A stretch of 64,000 nucleotides of DNA from Octopus vulgaris (taxonomy: Eukaryota). The notes below the pieces were generated by a model, which did no database searches, was not told the DNA's origin, and worked only from the letters and a program-made list of their open reading frames with translations. Both the position numbers and the translations under genes were made by a program. The DNA is taken from NCBI GenBank assembly GCA_951406725.2, contig OX597818.1, positions 79,484,001 to 79,548,000 of the forward strand, in the 5' to 3' direction. Positions 28,202 to 40,052 of this stretch are shown one piece after another (position 1 is the first letter of the stretch; every line of letters begins with the position of its first letter).

Positions 28202-28205
<4 letters not shown>
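27277..28205 (+). repeat. Direct duplication of about 230 bp (27277-27500 and 27973-28205)
   Basis: Both copies read CATACGCTA.ACATGCATGCGCG..GCGAATGTAC.TTTTTATATCTTTTATTTATATATAGGTATACAAATATG..CGCACGGACAAACGCGCA. Confidence 0.85.
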
Positions 28206-28251
<46 letters not shown>

Positions 28252-28513
28252 TAGAGTGATACATACATATATGTATGTGCGTCTGTGCATGTGTGTGTAC
28301 GTGCGTGTATGTGTGTGTGTGCGCGCGGGCGTGTAGGTACGTATACAAGAATATGTATATACGAACAACATGGACACACATTCGCACGTATTCATATACA
28401 TTCATACTTTAGAAATAAATTTAGGGAAAAATATCCCGATAAATTTGCACAAAATATGGGCAAAACTGATTTTCTTCGATGAAAAATTATATATAGATAT
28501 ATATATATATAGA

Positions 28514-29474
28514 CAGGGGTTGGACAAAATGATGGAAACACCTTAAAATTTCAAACAAATTTAATTTTAACATGGGGTAGGGCAGCATTGGGCAGTAATT
28601 ACAGCTTGAATTCTTTGAGGTATGAACTTGTACAAAGTTTGAATTGTTTCCAAATGTATTTTTGTCCATTCTTCCGCTAAAACAGTCTCCAGTTCTTGTA
28701 GTGATGATGGTGGTGGAGGATATCGACTCCTTACTTGTTTTTCTAAAATGCACCAAAAATATTCAATAATGTTTAGATCTGGGGACTGTGGTGACCAGAT
28801 GAGATGTTCAGCTTCACTAGAATGTTACTCGTGCCATTCAGTAACAACTTTAGCTTTGTGAATTGGTGCATTATCATCCTGAAAGATGGCGTTTCCCTTC
28901 GGAAACAATTCCGCAACCATAGGAAGAATTTGATCAGATATTTCTTTAAATAGTCTTGACTATTAATTCTGCCATGAAGTTTTCCGATTGAAGCCCTCCC
29001 GTGAAATCCGGCTTTGTGCAGCTCCCGGCGAACAGTTTTTGTGAAAACTAGGTTCTCGTGGTGGTCATTAAGCTTTGCAGTAATTTTGGGAGCTGTATTT
29101 TTGTGATCCTTTCTAACAATTCACTTAAGCGTCCGAAGTTTTGGTTTTCTTCCGGAGTATTGTTTCGTCGAAAAGGTTTTTCCCTCTTTCTCAAAGGCTG
29201 TCATTACTTTCCAGGCAGTATTTCTTGATACACCAAACGTTACTAGCACCAACAATTTGACCTCTTTGAAAGTCCGATAGATGTGTCATTTTAATGAATT
29301 TTAATTACCTTTTTCTGATGATATCTGAAAAGAAACAGCAATGTTAACAAAACATTAAGCAACACTAATAATAAATTAAAAACATAAAAATATACAAGCT
29401 TTTGACGATTTTATAGATATTTCAAATTATGATGCTATAATACTAGGTGTTTCCATTATTTTGTCCAACCTCTG
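28514..29474 (-). mobile_element. Decayed, internally deleted Tc1-family transposon (D36E spacing)
   Basis: TIRs CAGGGGTTGGACAAAATGATGGAAACACCT / AGGTGTTTCCATTATTTTGTCCAACCTCTG|TA; minus-strand IFQDDNAPIHKAKVVTEWHE*HSSEAEHLIWSPQSPDLNIIEYFW. Confidence 0.9.
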
Positions 29475-29485
29475 TATATATATGC

Positions 29486-30020
29486 TTTCAGTGCGAATGT
29501 TTTTTTTTTATACGGTGCCGTTTTTACAATCCTGTAAATAATAATAATGGCATTTTTATATAAGCTTAAAGCATATGGCGGTCACCGTGCAATAGGAAAG
29601 CCTTCTTTTTTCTGTCGAGCGCTTATATGCCCCTTTATTCGACTAATTTCCTTAGTCATTGCACTGTGATCGCCATAAGCTTTAAACTTATATAAAAATA
29701 CTATTATTATTATTTCCAGGTTTGTAAAAACGGTGCCGTATAAAAAAACCATTCACACCGAAAAAATATAGAAATTTTGTTTACATATATAAAAAAAAAC
29801 CCACCAACTATTATAGTTCTTAAATTTAACAGGAAAGGGTAGGCTGATTCGCTGGTGTAAAGGTAGCACACTAAGTCACGTTAACAAAGGGATGTGGGTT
29901 CAACTTCCACGCGGATAGGAAAGGTTTCTTTTTTCTATCGAACGCTTATATGCCCCTTTATTAAACTCTTTTCCTTAGTCATTGCACGGTGATCGCCATA
30001 AGCTTTAAGCTTATATAAAA
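29486..30020. repeat. Inverted plus tandem repeat element with an internal tRNA-like segment
   Basis: Arms 29486-29593 / 29658-29763 are inverted; 29592-29697 is repeated directly at 29915-30020. Confidence 0.8.
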
Positions 30021-30023
30021 CTC

Positions 30024-30082
<59 letters not shown>

Positions 30083-30252
30083 CCTTCTCGCTTAGCCAGC
30101 GGGGTGGCGTCGTTCGAAGGCTAAAACAATGCGAACGCATTGTGACCAGCGATGTGTAGCAACCTCTGATGGTCTGGTCGGTCACGTGATCACGTGATAT
30201 ATATATATATATATATATAATTAAATACAGTCCTGATGCAAGGATGCGTCTC

Positions 30253-30303
<51 letters not shown>

Positions 30304-30304
<1 letters not shown>

Positions 30305-30510
30305 GAGAGGGTGCTGTAAAGTTCCTGGTTTTAAAGGTAGCACAAAAGTTGGAGGCCCAATCCTCAGATTTTTTTACCGGTGTTAGAAAAACTTGAAGAT
30401 CGCTCCAAAGAGTGTGTGAATCTGAGAGGGGATTATGTTGAAGAAAATCATAATTAACTGGTCCTCCTGAATTTTCTTTTGCCCAAAGCCAGGAACTTTT
30501 CTGGGCCCCT
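30304..30510. mobile_element. Mariner-derived MITE
   Basis: TA|CGAGAGGGTGCTGTAAAGTTCCTGGTTTT ... AAAGCCAGGAACTTTTCTGGGCCCCT imperfect TIRs. Confidence 0.6.
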
Positions 30511-30583
30511 GCCTCCATAGCTCAGTGGTTAGAGAACAGGTCTTGTAACCCAGGGATCGTGCGATCCTCCCTGGGGCCGGCCA
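30511..30583 (+). pseudogene. tRNA-Thr(UGU) pseudogene
   Basis: GCCTCCATAGCTCAGTGGTTAGAGAACAGGTCTTGTAACCCAGGGATCGTGCGATCCTCCCTGGGGCC resembles metazoan tRNA-Thr(TGT); anticodon loop CTTGTAA; the GTT of the T loop is deleted. Confidence 0.72.
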
Positions 30584-30628
30584 CATGACATATTTCGCTT
30601 ATACTTACATATATATTTGTATACATGC

Positions 30629-30695
<67 letters not shown>

Positions 30696-31253
30696 CATAC
30701 ATTCATACCATACGTAAGTCCGTATACACCTATATATAGATTTACATATTTATATACAAATACAGATATATATATATAAGACACCACTCTTTGTCTCTTG
30801 TCATAAACGCATATACATATTGTATCTAACGAAAGCAAAAACAATGGTACGAATTGATGAGTAAAAAGTAAGGAATTTAATGATCGGAAGACCTGATTCA
30901 CAAATATTTTGCATATACATTCGAACTTCTTAATCAGTGTGTGAATAATAACTCTCATAAAATAAATGGAAAAAGAAAAAATATAAACGGTAGAGTGCAG
31001 GAAAATTGTTTGGCGGATAATGTCGCGCCATTCTTAGATAATATCAGATAGAAAACTGATAGAGACAGGTATAGTTAAGCGGTGTCTTTAAAACTATAAA
31101 GTGACTTAGTATGAAATGATGGTGTCCAGCATTAAGTAGAAAATATAATGTAAAAGATGAAAGGGAAATGGAGAGGTGGCTAGGAAAGTGTTCTAATCAA
31201 ATTCAAGTAACCACAAAAAGATGATATGATAACATTTCTCAGCTGCTGATATA

Positions 31254-32110
31254 TACGAGGTTGAGTCAAAAATTATACGCACTCTTGTTTTTTCAATGTA
31301 TTTACACAAAAGCAGGGATAAAGAAGTACGTCATTTTTCTATAGAGCCGCCTTTCTTTTCGATGCACTTGATCCAGCAGTCCACAACTTGCGTATTCCCT
31401 TCTAGAAGGTTTTCGTTTGGTCGGGCAACCATTTATGCACCGTTTCCTTCACGTCTTCATCCGTACGAAATCGACGACCTCGTAAACAATCTTTGCACAG
31501 TCCAAAGATATGATAGTCGGTAAGATCGAGATATGGGCTGCAGGCAGAGTGTTACAGCACCTCAAAACCCGATTGGTTAACGGTTTCAGTGGTCTCAGCG
31601 ACCCTGTGTGGGTCTTTTGTCCACCTGACAGCATGGGCACGGGTGTTGTCGTGTTGGAACACATGGTTCCAATGACGGGCAAAGTATGACACATTGTGAA
31701 GCCTCAACACTTTGTCGATGTAGCGGTTACTCCATAGCTCCGGCTTTGACCGATGTTTTGAAAGACCACCAATCCAAGCTTCTGGTTGAGTGCAATCCCA
31801 CCCCATATCATGATGCTATGTCCTTCCCATGAGTCTCTCTCCACAACACAGCCATCGGCATAACGTTCACCCTTTCTTCTCCAAACTTAGCTCTGCTATC
31901 TGCCACAGAAATGCAATATCGACTTTCATCAGAGAAGACTACATTCATCCACAGCTGATATTGCCAGTTCTGACGTTTTGAGCCCACTGCAGACGTGCCC
32001 GTTGATGACCATCTGTGAGGACGTCGGCATGACAGATTGAAAGATCCCAGCCGGCGGCAAACTGTCTCTGCACGAATGGGTCTGTTATAAGTCCCTATGG
32101 TATGCCTAAC
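31254..32110 (-). mobile_element. Composite Tc1-like plus mariner-like transposase remnant
   Basis: Minus strand: WMNVVFSDESRYCI, WRRKGERYADGCVVE and VFQHDNTRAH (Tc1-type), then ETVNQSGFEVL*H..SPYLDLTDYHIFGL (mariner-type) and a TACGAGG mariner-like terminus at 31254. Confidence 0.75.
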
Positions 32111-32165
32111 TTATTCCGTTACACCCTATCAAGTAATCTACAACGATGCCTCCACATACATTGGT

Positions 32166-32376
32166 TTTAAATTTCGGCACAAGACCAGCAGTTCCGGAGT
32201 GGATAAAGTCGATTACATGGACACTCTAGTGCTCAACTAGTACTTATTTTACGGACCTCCAAAGGATGACAGGCAAAGTCGACCTAGGCGAAATTTGAAC
32301 TCAGAACGTAAAGACGGACGAAATGCAGCTAAGCATTTTGCCTGACATGCTAACGATTCTGCTCGCTCGCCGCCTT
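32166..32376 (-). mobile_element. SINE family A
   Basis: AAAGGATGACAGGCAAAGTCGACCT..AATTTGAACTCAGAACGTAAAGACGGACGAAAT..TAACGATTCTGC.CGCTCGCCGCCTT. Confidence 0.8.
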
Positions 32377-33043
32377 ATGATTTACATATATGAGATACAG
32401 ACTTTCCTCCACAGATTTTTCAACTTAACATACATTCTCTTTCTTTGTGGACCTTAACCTAAGTCGGAATACCCTACATAACGCCGGTTCCAGTGAACGT
32501 AGTTTAAAAGAACTAAAAATCAATGCAGATGTGGCAAATTATACAAAAAACATGTGGAAATACAGACAAATCATTTATAAAAACAAAGCAGTAATAAAGT
32601 TGGGATTGTTTTTGTTTTTGCTCTTGCGTGTTGCGTCGTTTCCCGGGTTCCGTTGCATATCTTGGAAACAATTTGTCTATTTATGTCTTTTTGTCTGTCC
32701 GTCTGTCTGTCTATCTATTTATCTACCTTTCTATCATCAGTTTTATATTTTTACTTGGTTTTTTAATGCGTTATCAAATTAATATGTTAATAAAACCCTA
32801 ATGTTGCTTTCATGCGGTTAGCATCATCTCTAAATTATTTAATGAAATTAATTGTGAAAGTCTTTATTTTTTCCCAGAACTGATACTCTTTCATTACCCT
32901 CATAGTAGATAACAAGAAAACAATTATAAAGTTTACATATTATGCACATTGCCAGGAAGTCATGAAAAGCTGTTATAGACTATGTGTATGTGTGTTTGTG
33001 TGTGATTGTGTGCAGGTATAATGGTATATATATGCTCCTCTAA

Positions 33044-33105
<62 letters not shown>

Positions 33106-33358
33106 AATATATATATATATATATATATATATGACCATGTATACAATATAGAATGCATATATATATATATATATATATATATCAGTTATAAAATGAGATA
33201 GGGGTTGAAAATTCAACCCACCATGGGACAACATATATCCAATATACTGCTAGAGAGGTACCCAACAAGACTAATACATAAATGTTAAAAATTGCGGTGC
33301 AATTAATTCATCTACTGTATTATGTGGGCAAGTGTAAGAATATTACCGTAAATTAATA

Positions 33359-34031
33359 ATACAAAATGAGAAAATGGAGAAACATATTTAAATCAATCAA
33401 TCATCAACCATCAGAAAATACCCAATCAATACTTTATTACACCATTACATAACAGCAAAGACATTATACATAATATATTGTAAATATAACTAGACATGGA
33501 AATAGAAATATAAAATACAATTACATCATATCTGACAGCTGTTTCGGCCGTGAGGACAAGTATGTCTCATTTAACCCATTAGCCATATAAACCAGGTATA
33601 AATGAGACATTAACAAGGATGTCTCACGGCCTATATTGTATTATTGTATTAATGTGTATATATATATGTGTAGAATTATGAGTGTCTATGCACACATTTT
33701 TATATTTTATATTATATATTTATATGTAAATTTTTTTCACACATATATTAAATTCTCTGAAGAGGCCGTGAGACATCCTTGGTAATGTCTCATTTATACC
33801 TGCTTTATATGGCTAATGGGTTAAATGAGACATACTTGTCCTCACGGCCGAAACAGCTGTCAGATATAATGTAATTGTATTTTATATTTATATTTCCATG
33901 TCTAGTTATATTTACAATATATTATGTATAATGTCTTTGCTGTTATGTAATGGTGTAATAAAGTATTGATTGGGTATTATCTGATGGTTGATGATTGATT
34001 GATTTAAGTATGTTTCTCCATTTTCTCATTT

Positions 34032-34036
<5 letters not shown>
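33359..34036. mobile_element. Young inverted pair of Penelope-like pseudo-LTRs (274-bp arms, 130-bp spacer)
   Basis: 33359-33632 is the near-exact reverse complement of 33763-34036; the right arm carries a complete hammerhead and ends in (TA)n. Confidence 0.82.
33747..33870 (+). ncRNA. Type I hammerhead ribozyme, intact core, 86-nt helix II domain
   Basis: TCT CTGAAGA GGCCGTGAG...CTCACGGCC GAAAC AGCT GTC AGA: perfect 9-bp helix II base, inner 12-bp stem ATGTCTCATTTA/TAAATGAGACAT, palindromic AGCT loop, GUC site at 33859-33861. Confidence 0.85.
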
Positions 34037-34081
<45 letters not shown>

Positions 34082-34113
34082 TATATATACACACATATAT
34101 ATATTTATATATA

Positions 34114-34139
<26 letters not shown>

Positions 34140-34160
<21 letters not shown>

Positions 34161-34161
34161 T

Positions 34162-34255
<94 letters not shown>

Positions 34256-34460
34256 TGACAGATATATGTAATAAAATATATTTACATATTTGACCGGTTT
34301 CGCTTGTGCTAATCATGACTAAGAAGTTAGTGATAATGTTACAATTTCATGCTATCATAATTACTTTTTATCCCATGTTAGTAGGAAAAAGGATATGTTA
34401 TACATATATGTATATAAGCAAAATATCACTTCTTCTACTAACTTGGAATGTATGTATATA

Positions 34461-34505
<45 letters not shown>

Positions 34506-34655
34506 CAGACATACATACAAATATACGTAAATATCTATACATGTGTGTGTGTTATATATGATATGCTTACTCATATGCAGAAACGTAAATGTTCTCTTTC
34601 TCTCCCGCTCTGTGTGTATGTATGTATATATATATATATATATATACACACAAAC

Positions 34656-34743
<88 letters not shown>

Positions 34744-34854
34744 CATACACACAGAGCGGGAGAGAAAGAGAACATTTACGTTTCTGCATATGAGTAAGCA
34801 TATCATATATAACACACACACATGTATAGATATTTACGTATATTTGTATGTATG

Positions 34855-34912
<58 letters not shown>

Positions 34913-35134
34913 TATAAATACATTCCAAGTTAGTAGAAGAAGTGATATTTTGCTTATATACATATATATATAAAATATCCTTTGTCCTACTAACATGGGA
35001 TAAAAAGTAATTATGATAGCATGAAATTGTAACGTTATCACTAACTTCTTAGTCATGATTAGCACAAGCGAAACCGGTCAAACATGTAAATATATCTTAT
35101 TTCATATATCTGTCAATCTATCTATCTATCTATC

Positions 35135-35191
<57 letters not shown>

Positions 35192-35202
35192 ATATCTGTC
35201 TG

Positions 35203-35250
<48 letters not shown>
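34140..35250. repeat. About 1.1-kb palindrome centred on (TA)n
   Basis: 34255-34625 is mirrored at 34738-35116, and the flanking (GATA)n/(TATC)n tracts are mirrored too; ORFs 34306+ and 34571- give the same peptide. Confidence 0.92.
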
Positions 35251-35258
<8 letters not shown>

Positions 35259-35984
35259 TATGTATGTATGAATATATGTATACATGTACGCAGCGGCGGT
35301 GGTGACTGTGGTGATTATAATGTTGTGTTTGTAGATGTTCGTGGTGGTAGCAGTGGCAAATTAGTAAAATAAACTATCACTCGACGCTTACTACAAGCAT
35401 GCCAGTTTGAAGTCATTGGCGACCAGTAGTTTTGTCAACAAATAAGAAAACTTTCTGAGACGTTACTTTCGACCCCTCTCAGCCCCTACTGTATTTAACT
35501 CGACTAGAGAACTATATCCACTTGCACACATCCAGTAACAAGCGATATTATGCAATAGGAATGGCGGTGAGCCGGCAGAATTATTAACACGCCAGGCTAA
35601 ATGCTTCGGCCGAAAAGCTAGTTTTGTGTCAAACTTTGATTCCAAGGTTTATCAAAAAGCAACACAAGATACCGGGTTACCTTCAGACTACAGGGTATAG
35701 CCTGGATAATTCAATGTCAAATCTATTACAAGTTAACTAAATGCCAGGTGTGATGTTGTTAAACTGACTCAGGTATATCTGTGTGCGTGCGTGAGTGTGT
35801 GTGTGTGTGTGTGTGTGTTCGTTTATGTGCATGTTTGTGAGTGTGAGTGTGTGCGCGTGTGTGTGCGTAAGTGTGTGCATGCCCCCTTGAAAGCACAAAG
35901 GCACACACACACACGCCGTTATGAAGAATGCACTGCGCCGTTATGAAAGCACACACACTGCGCCATTATCAAGAATGCACTGGG

Positions 35985-36335
35985 AAAACTTTCTTGTGAG
36001 GATCGATGTCTCAGTCTTCCAAACATTAATTGTCATACATGCCTCGCAGCACTTGCAGTGAACCCGTTCAGCATGGACAGCTCTCACCTCTAGTTCTACA
36101 GACGTATGATTAGAATATCACCGGAAGGAATAGCAAAATGGATCCTTCAAGCTAAACCAACCAGGAGACCTAGGCGTTGACTATGAATGAAATGGTTGGA
36201 TAATATCTTTAATCTCTGTTGGCCATGCATGAGAATCCAGTCGGAAATCCTAATGACGCTTACTTCTGATAGGGTACCTGAGGACTCTGCTCCCACGAAT
36301 CCCCTGAGGATAGTGGACGGAGAAGATGGATGGAG
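35985..36335 (+). mobile_element. RTE-clade LINE 3' fragment
   Basis: RISPEGIAKWILQAKPTRRPRR*L*MKWLDNI (RTE C-terminal RPRGRP..RW.D motif) and a tail ending GAAGATGGATGG. Confidence 0.6.
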
Positions 36336-36444
36336 AGAATAAAATGACGGAAGAATAATCACACCCCGAATGTGTTCGGTTATAAGCCTGCTTACTCAGA
36401 TCTGACCTGGTATAAAAAAAAGGCAAACCTATGCCGACTCACAA

Positions 36445-36653
36445 GGGCCGGTTTCCCGGTTTCATGGTGTGCATATCCGCACTAGGATGGGACGCTGGTC
36501 CGTCGTATGATTACTCATTTTTGCCAGCTCAGTAGACAACGTGAAACGAAGTGTTTTGCTCAAGAACACAAGGCGATGCTCGGTGCAGGAAATGAATCCA
36601 CAATCTTACGATTATAAGTCCAATACTCTAATCCTAAGCCACGCGCCCCCCAC
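36445..36653 (-). mobile_element. SINE family C
   Basis: GGGCCGGTTTCCCGGTTTC..TTTTTGCCAGCT..CAACGTGAAA.GAAGTGTTTTGCTCAAGAACACAA, collinear with 24816-25035. Confidence 0.8.
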
Positions 36654-36899
36654 ACATCTGATCTGGGTCAAAGCTACATTATCATCATCAACAACAGCAA
36701 CCACAGCAAACAATAAAAACAAGTACAAGACCGAGATAAAATATTTAGTAAGATTCAATGATCATAGTAATATATTATTGAAAGGCATGGCTATCTTTTG
36801 CTATGTAACATTTTACAAGCCACAAGTATTTTTACACTAATGTTTAGACGTCATTTAATATGCTTTCTTCCATTTAGTTTCTTCTTCTTCTTCTTCTTC

Positions 36900-36973
<74 letters not shown>

Positions 36974-37189
36974 ATTATTATTGTTGTTGTTGTTGTTATT
37001 ACTATTATTATTCGTCTTCTTTTTGTTTTTCTTCTCTTCCTCTTCCCCTTCTGTTCATTGCTTACAACACTGGCTTCAAAGTTTGAGTAAATATAACAGT
37101 TTTGTAATAAGAGTGTCTACTTCTTATCTCGATTATGCGCGTGTGTGTGTATGTGTGTGCATGTATGTGTACATATGTATATACACATA

Positions 37190-37286
<97 letters not shown>

Positions 37287-37297
37287 CACATATATAC

Positions 37298-37345
<48 letters not shown>

Positions 37346-37353
37346 ACACACAC

Positions 37354-37385
<32 letters not shown>

Positions 37386-38243
37386 GTATATAGATGTATG
37401 CATCGTTGTGTATATATATATTTGTTTGTTTGTCTTTATTTTTTTGTTTTTTTTTTAATTTTTCGAAATAAAAAGATCAAGCTTTCATTAATCTTGACTT
37501 ATATGAGTTACACATGATACGAAAACATCTTTCAATAGTTAATTCTTCCATTTTGACTGTGAGAATAATAAACGAAGAATGAATGATAAAACAAAAATCG
37601 CTGTCAGTTAAAACAATTGTTTGTTTTATATTTGGAAGAAACACAAATTCTTCGACTGGGCAGATCTAGTTTACGAAGCTATTTTTCACTTTAAATGCTG
37701 GAGTCTGGATTGGTTGCATGTTTTGGTTAGACTGTACAAACGTCTTGTTAACAACTACATCTATAATTGAACATATTTCATTTTTACTGATTTTTAGAAA
37801 GAAAAAGCAAAGAAATTATCAGATTAATTATTTCCCAACGCTTTCGCCAATACTTAACATTTTTGTCTACGCAATTATTGTTGCAAATGTTATTTAACTC
37901 CAGGTTTATGGTGAGCGAGCAGACGTCTAACTAGAAACGTTTCAGCTGTAGCCATTCCGTTTTTTTTTTCTTTTTTGTATTTTTTTTTCAATCTGTCCTC
38001 GGCTTTTTTTCAAAAGCAAATTCAAGACAATGAAAAGTGGTTTTCAGGATATTTGGTAGTTATTTCTAACGTGTCGAACAACATCAAACAGACATTCTTG
38101 TCCAAAATGGTGGAATAGGAAGAAACAGCGTAATGTTTGTGTCTTTTTTTTTTTGGCGAAACGTATCCTTTCTCTACACCATCGTTGTTGCCGTTGTATT
38201 TGTGCTGTTGTTATTGTGTTGTTATTGTTGTTGCTGCTGCTGC

Positions 38244-38274
<31 letters not shown>

Positions 38275-38632
38275 ATTATTGTTGTTGTTGTTGTTATTGT
38301 TGTTGGTAGTGGTGGTGGTGGTGGTGGTGGTGGTTGTGGTGGTGATGATGATATTTAGCTTCAGATCTGCCGTGATGGAACAAACGTCTGATCATAAGTG
38401 TTTCCAAATGTAGCCAATCTGTCTATTTCGAAATACAATATCTTCCTTCATTCTTTTAAGACAAGGGATGTGGTTTACAGAAAATTTGACTGTTATTTCA
38501 TGCAGGTCGAGCAACTATATAGGCTTTCTTGTTCGAAATGACTAAAGAAAATGGTGAAATGAAATTATTTCTTTCCTGTTTTTCCATCGGTAAGCGAATT
38601 CTGATAATTATACTTTAGTCCAACTTTCCTTA

Positions 38633-38851
38633 TTTACTCTTTTACTCTTTTACTTATTTCAGTCATTTGACTGTGGTCATGCAGGAGCACCGCCTTTAGT
38701 CGAGAAAATCGACCCCAGGACTTATTCTTTGTAAACCTAGTACTTATTCTATCGGTCTCTTTTGCCGAAACGTTAAGTTACGGCGACGTAAACACACCAG
38801 AATCGGTTGTCAAGCGATATTAGGAGGACAAACACAGGCACACAGACACAC

Positions 38852-38860
<9 letters not shown>
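38633..38860 (-). mobile_element. SINE family B 3' half
   Basis: Reverse complement of 20520-20733, including the (TTTTACTC)n tail. Confidence 0.8.
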
Positions 38861-38890
<30 letters not shown>

Positions 38891-38904
38891 TCTTTATATA
38901 TATA

Positions 38905-40052
38905 TCTTTATATATATAAAACTGAGAATGTGTGTATGTCTGTATGTGTGTTTCCCTAAAACTTGAGAACTACTCAACCAATTTCATTCAAATTTTACAC
39001 ATGCCTTACTTAGAATCCGGAGAGTGTCATCGGCAAAAATTTAAACTTTTTGCCTAGGGCGAGCCCACAGCAATATCATATCTTCTCCACTACGATTCCC
39101 GAAAACTTGAGAACTACACAACTAATTCCATTCAAATTTTACACATGCCTTACTTATGGTCCATGTAGTTTCATGGGCAAAAAAAATGTTCAACTTCTTG
39201 CCTAGAGCGAGCCCATAGCAATATCATATCTTCTCCACTATTTCAGTATTACGTGTTAAAAGTGAAACAAAAGCGTTTCTCTAGTTTATGTCAGATACTT
39301 TCACTTTAACAATAAAAATAATAATAACAATTGAATTATATATAGTAATAATTAAAATCAAACTAAAGTATAATATAATCGTAACATAACAAAAGTAAAA
39401 ATAGCAATTGGTATAAAATTGCATCAATGATTTGAACTTGAATAAATGGTTTCACATGAATGGAAATAAATTAAAAATAAAATTAGCCTGCAGAAATGGA
39501 ATGGTCCAGATGGATAATAAAAAATTAAATTAAAGAAAAGACTATTGTCTATAAAGTATACAATGTAGAGAAAAAAGATTTGAACACATGGAGGAAAGGA
39601 CCTTTGAAAAGTGTCTTGGTGCGACTATGAAAAGTATCTAATCAGAGGCGGTAAATTCGCCACAATAGAAGCAAGGTTCGAGTCAACGGAGCGTGCAAGG
39701 GAGTACTCGTCTCGAACTTGCAAAGTGGAAATATTTTATTTTTACCTTCATATCTTGGACATAGGACGCCCCGGAAAAAAATTAAAATGCCTCCCCCCAC
39801 CCCGAAGTAGAGGTAGGCTGGATTGTAGCCACACTTCTATACAAGAGGGAGGACAAGATACAATTGATCGAAATTACAAGAGACGGGCTAACAATTCCAG
39901 TCTGTTATCACTAGCGATATCAAGATATAACTTTGTATTTTGTATTTTATGTGTAGATGTATATATATAGATGTACATGTAATATGTACACATATATATA
40001 CACATATATACATGCACTAGCACTATGACCCGGCAACGACGGGTCTTTAATG

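Noticed and set aside
30182-30197. Tandem E-box palindrome TCACGTGATCACGTGA
   Set aside because: Lies at the end of a short island between (TA)n tracts that is probably a repeat tail; no evidence of regulatory function.
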